Numbered from the whole stretch's first letter, positions 1-9,597 are shown. The stretch: DNA of 60,433 bases, filler included, from Methanobacteriota archaeon (GCA_024860865.1; 9 parts of 9 records of this genome joined end to end with filler, not necessarily neighbours in it); one strand, 5' to 3'. Made by a program: numbers and translations. Notes: generated by a model from the sequence alone, not told the origin.

Positions 1-59
1 GGCAGTTCTTCTTTTGCAAGCTTTAACACTTTTTCGAGAACTTCAGCTTTAGTTGCCAT
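1..59 (-). CDS. 5' part of a small protein (MATKAEVLEKVLKLAKEEL...), probable antitoxin partner of the adjacent PIN toxin; runs off the window
   Basis: ATG at 59 overlaps the end of the PIN ORF; manual translation. Confidence 0.5.
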   Translation of the reverse strand, partial: MATKAEVLEKVLKLAKEEL

Positions 60-492
60 ATTCAATCTCTTTCAGAAATTCTTCAGTGCTGCGGATCTTT
101 ATTTCTGTAATTTTATCTCTCTTATTTAATATTTCATCGTCAACGGATATAAAATATATTGCACCGCCTTCAACAGCACTTGCAATATGATATGCGTCCA
201 TATCCTTTAACCCAACTTTACATATTTCTCTTTTCCTTGATAAAATTTCCTGTGTAACCAGTTCTATTTTTTCAGAAATTGCTTTATCCATGCTTTTCTT
301 AGCGGATTCTCTTTTTTTCCCGCCTTCGATTCTCTCTACTTCTATGTCCAGAAATATTGAACCGACTATGCTAAACTTTCCCTCGTACACCTTCCTCAGA
401 ATTTTTAGGTATGCTCTCCTCTCACTTTCTATTCGGGGCGTCGGCTTGTCAAAAGGTCTGCACCACACGCAGGTATCGAGATAGATTTTCAT
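49..492 (-). CDS. PIN-domain ribonuclease toxin (VapC-like)
   Basis: KIYLDTCVW start, DMDAYHIASA and FISVDDEIL acidic PIN motifs. Confidence 0.85.
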   Translation of the reverse strand: MKIYLDTCVWCRPFDKPTPRIESERRAYLKILRKVYEGKFSIVGSIFLDIEVERIEGGKKRESAKKSMDKAISEKIELVTQEILSRKREICKVGLKDMDAYHIASAVEGGAIYFISVDDEILNKRDKITEIKIRSTEEFLKEIEYGN

Positions 493-611
493 GCTATGGA
501 ATTGCAATGCGAGTTAAAATAATTTTCGTTTTATGAGGCTTCAAAACTCTTTCTCTCTGAAATGAAAGAAGCAAGCTAATTAATATTTGAACGAAGTTAT
601 AATACAAAATA

Positions 612-781
612 ATGAAACTCCTGATCACAGGCTTGCCAGGCTGCGGAAAAACAAGCTTTGCAGGAAAATAATTCAGGCGCTGAAGGATAAAAAGATAGGC
701 GGCAAGCTGCACGTAATCTATGTTGAATACGAGGACCATCTAAGAGTGATAACAACCTTCGTATCGAAGCGGAGGAAGTAA
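612..781 (+). pseudogene. Chimeric remnant: frameshifted N-terminus of a THEP1-type NTPase joined to the C-terminus of a DUF4258/RelE-like toxin
   Basis: ATG612 gives MKLLITGLPGCGKT (Walker A); after a frameshift it continues LCRKIIQALKDKKIGG, then KLHVIYVEYEDHLRVITTF typical of DUF4258 ends. Confidence 0.65.
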
Positions 782-782
782 A

Positions 783-1124
783 ATGCTTAAATTAAAATGT
801 CCGTATTGCAAGGTTAAATACGAACAATCGAAATGCACGATAGAGGTAGTTGGCTTCCAGCTAAGAGGTCTTGACTGCCTTAGATGCCCAGAGTGCGGTG
901 ATGAAATCTTCACTAGTGAACAAATGGAAGTTGTCGAGCACAAAGCTAGAGAAGCAGGTGTATGGGGAACCAAAATTGGGTTAGAACGAACAATATCTCG
1001 TTCAGGAAGACGCCCAGTCATCTCGGTTCCAACCGAGTATGAGAAGCTTGGGTTTAAGGTAGGCACAAAAGTTAGGGTATATGTTGAAGGTGATAAGCTA
1101 GTGCTAAAGCGAAGTACAACTTAA
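783..1124 (+). CDS. Zn-finger (YgiT/MqsA-like) plus AbrB-like domain antitoxin
   Basis: CPYC...CPECGDEIFT zinc finger; C-terminal ISVP...GFKVGTKVRVYVEGDKLVL. Confidence 0.75.
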   Translation: MLKLKCPYCKVKYEQSKCTIEVVGFQLRGLDCLRCPECGDEIFTSEQMEVVEHKAREAGVWGTKIGLERTISRSGRRPVISVPTEYEKLGFKVGTKVRVYVEGDKLVLKRSTT

Positions 1125-1202
1125 CTAACTTATAACCATAACTATTTTAAATGATTTGAAAATTCAAGTTTAAGCCTGTAAATTATTTTACACAAATATG
1201 GT

Positions 1203-1964
1203 TCAAGCAGACAATGCTGCGACTATATAGTTTAAAGCAGTCATCAAAAGGAAGCCTAACATAAATCCAAAGGTTGCTTCACGTTCATATCCATGACCAT
1301 GACTTTCTGGAGCCATCTCATCAAAGATTACATAAAGCATGGCTCCTCCAGCAAATGCTAAAGCTGAAGGGAGGAGGGCGGAGAAAAGCCCGACTATAAT
1401 CAAGGCTAAAATTGAGCAAACCGGTTCCACAGCTCCTGATAAAGTTCCAGCAATAAAACCAGTTTTTTTGGAGTAGCCCTCAGCCCTCATTAGAACAGCC
1501 ACCATTAAACCTTCGGGTATATTTTGTAAAGCAATAGCTAAAGCCACTGAATGCCCAAAAGCAGTGATCCCTTGAGAATAAGCTGTTCCAGTTGCAAATC
1601 CTTCAGGGAAGTTATGAATAGTTAAAGCTACTATAATCATCAAACTTGTTTTCATACTTGGTGTAAGTGGTTTTTTTATTTCTAATGTTTCATGAATATG
1701 TGGTGTATATCTCTCGAAAGGAAAAAGAGCTGCTGCACCTGCCGATATTCCAATGAGAACTTGAAAAATATTCTCTTGATTTTTGCCCAACGCCCCTGGA
1801 ATTAGATTGAAAGCAGTTACAGCCAACATTATTCCAGCAGAAAAACCTGTTAAGCCATCGTATAAACGATGAGTTATTTTACTTATGAGGAATACTAGCG
1901 CAGCTCCTAAACTTGTGGCCATTCCGGCAATAATAACTAATATAGTAGCTTGCGGGTCTAACAT
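1203..1964 (-). CDS. ZIP family metal transporter (ZupT/GufA)
   Basis: HNFPEGFA and LQNIPEGL motifs, multiple TM helices. Confidence 0.92.
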   Translation of the reverse strand: MLDPQATILVIIAGMATSLGAALVFLISKITHRLYDGLTGFSAGIMLAVTAFNLIPGALGKNQENIFQVLIGISAGAAALFPFERYTPHIHETLEIKKPLTPSMKTSLMIIVALTIHNFPEGFATGTAYSQGITAFGHSVALAIALQNIPEGLMVAVLMRAEGYSKKTGFIAGTLSGAVEPVCSILALIIVGLFSALLPSALAFAGGAMLYVIFDEMAPESHGHGYEREATFGFMLGFLLMTALNYIVAALSA

Positions 1965-2158
1965 TTTAATTCCTGTTAAATAATGGGATACCTTTCTAGA
2001 TAACAAATGCCAAAAATTTTTCTTTCAATTATAAAGGAAATTGCTTGCCAAACTATTTATTAAGCTTTAATTGATTCCGAATTTCGGAAATTGAATTTAG
2101 CTAAATTATAAAAGTTAGTACGTGTTAAAATTCAAAAAACAAAAGTGAGGTGGTTTTT

Positions 2159-2494
2159 TTGGCTATTTGGAAATGTAGCGTATGTAAATTCGTATACGAA
2201 GGAGTTGCTCCTCCTGAAAAGTGCCCTAGATGTGGTGCCCCGCGCGAGAAGTTTGAAGAACTCAAAAAAGAATCGGCTGATTTAGTATTCAGGGCAAGAT
2301 TGACAAACAATTTGCACATGGAAATTGCATCAAAATTAGAAGAGATTAAAGCATTAGCTGAAAAAGGAATTCAAGATGCTTTAGATCCGGCTTGTGTTGC
2401 AATATTTAAGAAAGAGAAGGAAGATGCTGAAGCAACAATACAATTTACCAAAGCAGAAATAGAAGTGCATGTAGGAAAGGGTAAATGGGGTTAA
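2159..2494 (+). CDS. Rubredoxin-like domain protein
   Basis: WKCSVC...PEKCPRCGAP and conserved C-terminal H..KGKWG; GAGGTG RBS before TTG2159. Confidence 0.85.
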   Translation: MAIWKCSVCKFVYEGVAPPEKCPRCGAPREKFEELKKESADLVFRARLTNNLHMEIASKLEEIKALAEKGIQDALDPACVAIFKKEKEDAEATIQFTKAEIEVHVGKGKWG

Positions 2495-2519
2495 TCCGAT
2501 ATTTCTTATTGGGGATTAT

Positions 2520-2807
2520 ATGTATTTCTTACTAAACTCAAAACCAAAAGGCCCAATAGATTTAGCCCTTCTAAAAAGGGTACTAACTTTACTAGAGAAC
2601 CCAAAAATCAAATTTGTATGCCATTATGGTTACTTGAACGAACCCGGTGGCATGCACGTTGTGGAAGTAGAAACTATTGATGAGTTAAAAACGACTCTTT
2701 CTCAGTTCCTAAGAACTGGAGAGGTTACAGAGGTGATACCGCTAACTACTCATGAAGAGACAGTTAATGCTCTCAAAAACATGATCAAAAAGTTTGAGTC
2801 TAAATAA
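2520..2807 (+). CDS. Small hypothetical protein, DUF3303-like
   Basis: 95-aa ORF with GGMHVVEVE...EVIPL pattern. Confidence 0.5.
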   Translation: MYFLLNSKPKGPIDLALLKRVLTLLENPKIKFVCHYGYLNEPGGMHVVEVETIDELKTTLSQFLRTGEVTEVIPLTTHEETVNALKNMIKKFESK

Positions 2808-2879
2808 GCAGAAAAGTAACAAAAGTGCTATACAAAGAAAAATGCAACAAGTGTCATCTTGTTTCACTCAAAAAACTTT

Positions 2880-4607
2880 TTAATTCTTCATTGCTTTCCC
2901 TTTTCTTTTTTCTTGTTTTTCATAAAGATATCTAACTTCCTCAACCGTATTAACTTGGTTTACATTTTTATCTTCTCTTATCTTGACAAATCTAGGAAAT
3001 CTTAACCCAAAGGAACTCGTATGTTTCTCATGAGGTGATGGTTGTATCTCTTCATATACAATTTCCCAAACAACATTAGGCTTAAACCAAACATTAGGCT
3101 CTAATTCCGCAACTATCTCCTCTGGTTTTGTTTTAGCAATAATTTCTTTAAACATTTTAGTAAATTCTTCTAATTGTTCATCTGTAAGACCGCTACCTAC
3201 TTTTGTAATAGTATAAAATTTCTCATCTTCTTCATTTCGAACAGCAACTAAATAACTTCCAAATGTACCAGCGCGTTTGCCTTTTCCATACCAAGCCCCG
3301 ACTACGGCCACATCGATAGTTTCAACTTCGGGTTTGAACTTTAACCAAAGAAACTCTCTTCTCCCTGCTCTATAAACAGAGTTTAATTCTTTTACGAGCA
3401 ATCCCTCATGTCCAGCCTTTAGCGATTCTTTCATAAATTTTTCAATTTCTTTTTTGTTCCCACTAACAAGTTGCTTAACAACACTAACTTTATCCGGAAT
3501 TGGTTTGATTGTATTCTCTAGTATTTGTCTACGCTTCAGATATGGTTCGCCCATCAAGTTTTTATTGTTTAATAATAAGATATCGAAAAACTGAATTGAA
3601 ACTGGAATTTCAGTGATTTTTTCTTTAATTTCATATTTTCTTCTTCTTTTCAAAACTTCTTGGAAAGGCATAGGCTTGCCAGTAATTGAGTCGGTGGCGA
3701 TCATCTCTCCATCAACAATTGCAGTCTTTGCTTTAATAGCAGTTTTTTGTGCTTCAACTAAATCCGGAAAAGAAGAAGTGACATCTTCCTGCCTTCTAGT
3801 AAATAACTTAATTTTTTCATTATCTTTGTGAACCAGTATTCTCATTCCATCTAACTTCCATTCCCAAGCAGCTTTACCACCCATTCTTTCCAGTATTTCA
3901 TCAATAGTATCTACGCGCTGCGCTAACATCACATTTAATGGCCTTCCAATAATAGGTCCAACTTTTTCTAAACCTTTAGCACCTTCTTCAGCAGCTATTT
4001 TTGCTACTTCACCATGATCATTCAGGTAGGTATATGCCTGCTCAACAAGCTCTGGTGGTACATTAAAAGCTTCAGCAATAGCATCTCGCAATCTACCTTC
4101 TGCAACTCCAGTTCGCGATTCACCTAAAACTGTGCGAACAATAAACCTTGCTTCAAGTGGATCAGCATCATTTAAAAGTCCGATGACAGAGTTAATTCTT
4201 AGATCTTGTGAACCTGCACCAGTCATCTCCGGTATTTTTGCAAGAATTTCGTGAACTCGCTTTACTGTTAAAGGCTTTCTGAAGAGAGTTACTTGCCTTT
4301 TTTTCTCGAGCAATTTTTGAACAACTACTCCTAAATCTCCTGTTTTTGCAAATTCTTTATCAATGACATTCATATCATAGCCAGTTGCTGAAGCGACTGC
4401 GCGCTTAACTAATTGAACTCCCATACCAAGTTCAAGAGAAACATAAGCAGGATAAACTCGGCCCAACAGCAGCAAGACAACTGAGTTCGTATCTTCTGGA
4501 GAGGTCTCTTTTAACAAACTGACTATAAGCTGAGTTTTTTCAAGATAACTTGGGGTTTTTTCGAGCTTTTCCATGTAATCTGCAAGTTTCGAAAACATCA
4601 ATGACAT
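2880..4607 (-). CDS. lig: ATP-dependent DNA ligase
   Basis: EWKLDGMR motif I, EGLLVK, WLKFK, LRFPRF...REDK. Confidence 0.97.
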   Translation of the reverse strand: MSLMFSKLADYMEKLEKTPSYLEKTQLIVSLLKETSPEDTNSVVLLLLGRVYPAYVSLELGMGVQLVKRAVASATGYDMNVIDKEFAKTGDLGVVVQKLLEKKRQVTLFRKPLTVKRVHEILAKIPEMTGAGSQDLRINSVIGLLNDADPLEARFIVRTVLGESRTGVAEGRLRDAIAEAFNVPPELVEQAYTYLNDHGEVAKIAAEEGAKGLEKVGPIIGRPLNVMLAQRVDTIDEILERMGGKAAWEWKLDGMRILVHKDNEKIKLFTRRQEDVTSSFPDLVEAQKTAIKAKTAIVDGEMIATDSITGKPMPFQEVLKRRRKYEIKEKITEIPVSIQFFDILLLNNKNLMGEPYLKRRQILENTIKPIPDKVSVVKQLVSGNKKEIEKFMKESLKAGHEGLLVKELNSVYRAGRREFLWLKFKPEVETIDVAVVGAWYGKGKRAGTFGSYLVAVRNEEDEKFYTITKVGSGLTDEQLEEFTKMFKEIIAKTKPEEIVAELEPNVWFKPNVVWEIVYEEIQPSPHEKHTSSFGLRFPRFVKIREDKNVNQVNTVEEVRYLYEKQEKRKGKAMKN

Positions 4608-4698
4608 TTTTAATCCTAAAAAATAATTTATTGCAAATTTTAAATAAGGCTTGCTATGCCAAAATTTTTTAAGCTGTAGGTTATTCCTGTGCTATTCG

Positions 4699-4821
4699 TT
4701 ATCCTTTTGGCTTGATGCTAGCTAAAACAATGAATATCAAGAAAAATATTACAAGCAAGCCTATCCAAATCCACTGACTTCTCTTTTGCTTTTTCTGCTG
4801 ACGGAACCACATTTCTTCGCA
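4699..4821 (-). CDS. 3' part of a DUF2116-like Zn-ribbon membrane protein (cut by the gap)
   Basis: Manual translation CEEMWFRQQKKQKRSQWIWIGLLVIFFLIFIVLASIKPKG*. Confidence 0.55.
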   Translation of the reverse strand, partial: CEEMWFRQQKKQKRSQWIWIGLLVIFFLIFIVLASIKPKG

Positions 4822-4921
4822 NNNNNNNNNNNNNNNNNNNNNNNNNNNNNNNNNNNNNNNNNNNNTTAATTAATTAANNNNNNNNNNNNNNNNNNNNNNN
4901 NNNNNNNNNNNNNNNNNNNNN
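4822..4921. other. Artificial contig spacer; identical spacers at 9839-9938, 17209-17308, 24027-24126, 38530-38629, 42823-42922, 55366-55465, 57473-57572
   Basis: N44-TTAATTAATTAA-N44, stops in all six frames. Confidence 0.99.
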
Positions 4922-4946
4922 AAACCTTATATATTATTATATGCTC

Positions 4947-4986
4947 CCCGGTATGGCACTACAGCTCGTCTGTGGGCAATACCGGG
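4947..4986 (+). ncRNA. Candidate small structured RNA (GC-rich hairpin after a TATA box)
   Basis: CCCGGTAT/ATACCGGG closing stem plus inner ACAG/CTGT stem; TTATATA at 4927-4933. Confidence 0.3.
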
Positions 4987-5224
4987 CTAATTATTCTTCT
5001 CTTTTATACACTCATTTTCAACAATATCGTTCAGAAGTATAGATCTATTACAAACCTGTTTTAATAAAGATGACCTACTTATGCGAGTATACAAATAGAG
5101 CAAAGAAAATTGCAAGAGATTCAGTTATATTGCTATTATAGATTAGCTTATAGTATTATAGAAGAAGAAAAGTTGTCAGCGTTACAGCAATAGAAAAGAG
5201 AAAGTCAAAAAAATATGAAGAATT

Positions 5225-5395
5225 TTATTTATGAGTGCCATATTTTTTTCTTATTTGGTCTAGTGTTTTAAATTTACCTTTGTTTATTTCTTCGTCTCCA
5301 CTTTCTGCTTCCTCAATAAATTTTATATCTTCGATCACTCTAAGAAAAGCTTCTACATCCTTCTTAGGCAACTTTAGTGTAACCATTTCTTCCAT
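5225..5395 (-). CDS. 56-aa antitoxin-like protein (below ORF-track cutoff)
   Basis: MEEMVTLKLPKKDVEAFLRVIEDIKFIEEAESGDEEINKGKFKTLDQIRKKYGTHK; GGGGAG RBS. Confidence 0.65.
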   Translation of the reverse strand: MEEMVTLKLPKKDVEAFLRVIEDIKFIEEAESGDEEINKGKFKTLDQIRKKYGTHK

Positions 5396-5416
5396 GATAT
5401 ACTAAACTCCCCCTCA

Positions 5417-5441
5417 TAAGTTACTTATGATAAGTAACTTA
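5417..5441. promoter_or_regulatory. Perfect 25-bp palindrome, probable operator
   Basis: TAAGTTACTTAT-G-ATAAGTAACTTA between the antitoxin-like gene and leuS. Confidence 0.6.
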
Positions 5442-5549
5442 GTATTATTTAACAACCAAAGAACATTTGGCAGTAAGATCTAGAACAATTAAAGAAAGAC
5501 AGAAAAACCTAAAAATTATTAATCTTGACTTACTATCTAGGAGGACGCT

Positions 5550-8490
5550 ATGGTTAATTGGCAAGAGATTGAACAAAAATGGCAAACCCGCTGGGAAGAA
5601 GCTAAGATATTTGAAGCTGATCCTCAACCTGGAAAGCCAAAGTTTTATTTGACGGTTGCTTACCCGTAAGCTAAGGCTAAACCTGGCCGGGAATTTGAGC
5701 GGCCGTCTGCATATTGGTCATGCTAGAACGTATACAATACCTGATGTAGTTGCTCGATTTAAACGAGCGCAGGGGTATGCCGTTCTATTTCCAATGGCTT
5801 GGCATGTAACTGGAACTCCAATCATTGGGATTAGCAAAAGAATTGAAAAGAAAGATGAGTTTGCAATAGAGGTATACAATAAAGTTCATGGAGTTCCAAA
5901 GGATATATTGATGACTTTTACTGATCCATTTAAGCTAGTTGACTATTTTTCAAAAGTTTCAAAGCAAGATATAGGTAGTCTAGGCTGCTCAATCGATTGG
6001 AGAAGAGTTTTTACTACAACTGACCTCGCTTATCAGCGCTTCATTCAATGGCAGTACAACAAACTACACCAACAAGGTTTAGTCATAAAAGGAACTTTCC
6101 GTGTTAAGTGGTGCCCTAGCTGCAAAAATCCAGTTGGCGAACATGACCTCTTAACTGGCGAAACTGCTGATATTAAAGACTATGTTTTGATTAAATTTAA
6201 GTTTAATAGTGAATTTTTACCAGCTGCAACTTTGCGACCAGAAACTGTGCTAGGTGTTACCAACATGTGGATAAACCCTCATGCGAGTTACTCGAGAGTT
6301 AAAGTGAATGGAGAAACTTGGATCGTAAGTGAGGCCTCAGTTAAAAAACTAAAATATCTAGATAAGAATATCCAAGTGGTTCAGACATTCAAGGGAATTG
6401 AACTAATTGGTAAGTTCTGTTATAACCCGGTTACAAATGACCCGATTATTGTTTTGCCAACTAGTTTTGTGAATCCAGAAGAAGCCTCTGGTGTAGTTAT
6501 GTCAGTGCCAAGTCATGCTCCTTATGATTATATAGCATTGAAAGAGCTGCAGCAAAATCCTGCTGAGCTTAGGAATTATAATATCGATGCAGGAAAGGTC
6601 AAGCAGATCAAAATGATACCTCTTATCGAAAATCCAGGGTTTGGGGAGTTTCCTGCTGCTGAAATAGTTGAGAGGATGGGCATTACAAGACAAACCGATC
6701 CTAAGCTCGAAGATGCCACAGTTGAGATCTATACTTTTGAATATTCAAAAGGAACTATGCGAAAGAGCATTAAAAAATATGGAGGAATGCATGTTTCAGT
6801 TGCTCGAGAAACAATTGAGCAGGATATGGTAAACGCTGGCTCAGCCGACTATATGTACGATTTCACTGAAAAGCCAGTAACTTGCAGATGTGGAACTGAA
6901 TGCGTAATAAAAACAGTTCAAGATCAATGGTTTTTGAAATATGCGGATGAAAATTGGAAAAAGAAAGCGACTGATTGCTTCAGTCACATGAAAATATATC
7001 CACAAGAGATTTTGCCTGAATTTTTAAACACAATTAACTGGCTAAAACAAAGAGCTTGCTCAAGACAAGTTGGTTTGGGTACAACTTTACCTTGGGATCC
7101 AAGGTGGCTTATTGAATCTTTAAGTGACTCTACAATCTATATGGCATTCTATATAATATCAAAATACATTAACTTAGGGTTAATTAAACCCGAGCACTTA
7201 ACCGAAGAAATATTTGATTTTATTTTTTTGGGGAAGGGAGATTCTAAATCTCTAAGTAAGAAAGTTAGTTTAAAAGAAGAAGTACTTCAAAAGCTAAAGA
7301 ATGAATTTTACTACTGGTATCCGTTAGACGTTAGATTTTCAGCAAAGGATTTAATTCCAAATCATTTAACTTTCTTTGTTTTTCACCATGCAGCAATTTT
7401 CCCGCCTGAGCTCTGCCCGAGAGCGATTTCAGTCAATGGATATGTTTCAGTGGAAGGGCAGAAGATGTCCAAGTCTAAGGGATTACAAGTTAATCTTGGT
7501 AATGCTTCCACCAAATATGGCGCTGATTTAACTAGGTTTTACTTGATCTCGGTGGCTGAGTTAATTCAAGATGCAGACTGGCGGGAACAAAATGTACAAG
7601 CTACGGAAAAACAGCTTGAGCGCTTTTGGAATTTAGCCAATGAAATAATAGCCTTGAGAGGCGAGGAGGCAGCGGGTGAATTTAAGACGATTGATCGTTG
7701 GTTATTAAATCAAATACAAAAAAGAATAACCGAAACAACTGAAGCGTTTGAGAACTTTGAGCTAAGAAGAGCATTGCACTCTGCGTTCTTCCTTTTCATG
7801 CAAGATGTCAGATGGTATATAAGGCGAAGTGAGCCTGAGATGAGCGATGTAAAAAGAAAAGCTACCGTTGCCAGTTTGCTCCATAAAGCTTTAAACGTCT
7901 GGCTCAGGTTACTGGCTCCGTTTATACCGCATATCTGTGAAGAACTTTGGGAAAAAATTGAAAAACCATTTGTTTCAAAAGCACCTTGGCCAGCAATTGA
8001 ACGCCAGCTAGTTGATGAAAATGCAGAATTGGCAGAAAACCTGATTGAAAAAACACTAGCAGATGTTGAGGAAATAATCAAAGTAACAAATATCAAGCCA
8101 ACAAAAGTTTACTTTTACACTGTTCCAACTTGGAAATTGAAAGTCTTTCGTGAAATAATTAAATCAGCACTAACTGAAAAATCGAATATAAGTAAAATAA
8201 TGAAGACTGCTATGGAAGACCTAGAAATAAAGAAACACGGAGCTGAAGTCGCAAAGTTTGTACAGCAGAAGGCAACAGAGGTGGGCTCTCTCTCAAAATC
8301 AGAAATTGAAAAGTTGGAGAAATTCACCTTGTCTGAACATAATATTTTAGCTGAAGCTTCTCAGTTCTTTAAACAAGCACTTGGGGCGAATTTGGTTCAA
8401 GTTTATAGTGCAGATGACCCAAATCGGTATGATCCTCAAAATAAAGCAAAGTTTGCAGTTCCATTTAGACCTGCTATTTATATTGAGTAG
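5550..8490 (+). CDS. leuS: Leucyl-tRNA synthetase, two exons: join(5550..5668,5694..8490), 971 aa
   Basis: AGGAGG RBS 5539-5544; exon 1 MVNWQEIEQKWQTRW...KFYLTVAYP; HIGH motif, CP1 editing domain (ATLRPET), KMSKS. Confidence 0.96.
5669..5693 (+). other. 25-nt bulge-helix-bulge (BHB) mRNA intron candidate in leuS
   Basis: Central helix CCCG(5663-66)/CGGG(5688-91), bulges TAA(5667-69) and AAT(5692-94), inner and outer stems; removal restores YPYLSGRLHIGH. Confidence 0.88.
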
Positions 8491-8580
8491 CCACTGTTAG
8501 AGAGAATGAATTTGTTTTCTTTCATAGCTTTTCCTGTTATTGTTTTCAGCCAAGAAAAAAACCAAGAAAATTAGATAGTA

Positions 8581-9597
8581 TCACATAAATTTTAAAGATT
8601 TTTTGATTGCAATTTTCAATTTTTCTCTAAGCTCTAACGGTATGGCAGCTATTTTATACATTCTCCCCTCAATACCCATTTTTCCAACAAAAAGAATAGA
8701 GTGAAGCCTGAGCACACCTATTATAGAAGTTGGCGGTTGCTCCACCCACCAGTACCCAATTTCACCATTAAATCTTCTTGAAAGTTGCAAATATTTCGTC
8801 CATCCTCCTTCACTCAAAACAAAATTAATCGCTTCTATCGACTTCTTTGGCAATTTCTTCACAATGGTAAAAAGCTTATCGGAATGGAGTGTTTCAACTA
8901 TTAGCTTAACTTTTTGCCTTTTCTTACCTTTTGTTGATATTCCCAGCGCATTACAAATGCCATTCACCCACTCACCAGGATACTTGTTTAACATACTCGT
9001 TGCTGTAGACATAGGATTTATTATAATATCTTCGGCTTCCTTCAGCATACTCAACTCGAATTGTCCCATCACTACATCCATCATATCAGGACCTGCAAAC
9101 CTGGATCTTTTGAATACCTCTTCGTTACTTAACTTAATGTGAAGTATTCCTGCGAATCTGTGGATGTTGCCCCAAGGGTGTATTCTTCCCATGATTATTC
9201 TACCTGGCTTATATTCCTCGTTGGCATTCCAGACTTTGGCTGGGTATATTTTTCCATCTTTTAAGTCTCTTACCACCAAGTCAACATCATGGCATTCTAG
9301 AATTTCAAACTTTCCTAATCTCATCTGCTCTAGTTGAAGCATCTTTATTTTCAGATCTGATTCAATGTCAAACTTTTCTACAAATTCTCTGACAATAGTT
9401 TTGCCAGTTAAAGGTCGTATTCTCTCTGACATAAACCACTCGATAAAGTCCTTAAAAATAAACTCTCTGTTAAGATTTTCATTATAATATGGAAAATCTT
9501 TAAAAGCATTTTCAAACTCATGAGAGTAATTCTCTACGGTATACTCGAAAAGCATCTGTTTACAGTTTTCTTCAGTTATTTTATTATTTTTTTCCAT
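8581..9597 (-). CDS. Hypothetical protein
   Basis: 338-aa ORF with no motif I can assign confidently. Confidence 0.7.
   Translation of the reverse strand: MEKNNKITEENCKQMLFEYTVENYSHEFENAFKDFPYYNENLNREFIFKDFIEWFMSERIRPLTGKTIVREFVEKFDIESDLKIKMLQLEQMRLGKFEILECHDVDLVVRDLKDGKIYPAKVWNANEEYKPGRIIMGRIHPWGNIHRFAGILHIKLSNEEVFKRSRFAGPDMMDVVMGQFELSMLKEAEDIIINPMSTATSMLNKYPGEWVNGICNALGISTKGKKRQKVKLIVETLHSDKLFTIVKKLPKKSIEAINFVLSEGGWTKYLQLSRRFNGEIGYWWVEQPPTSIIGVLRLHSILFVGKMGIEGRMYKIAAIPLELREKLKIAIKKSLKFM

Noticed and set aside
5656-5694. ORF-track start of LeuRS (MLTRKLRLNLAGN)
   Set aside because: It lacks the conserved N-terminus and an RBS; it is an out-of-frame reading of the end of exon 1 plus the intron
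5667-5694. leuS break as sequencing error, stop read-through or ribosomal frameshift
   Set aside because: The 25 extra nt are not a homopolymer or local duplication, would insert residues into the conserved PY-x-SG-x-LHIGH motif, and coincide exactly with BHB cut sites
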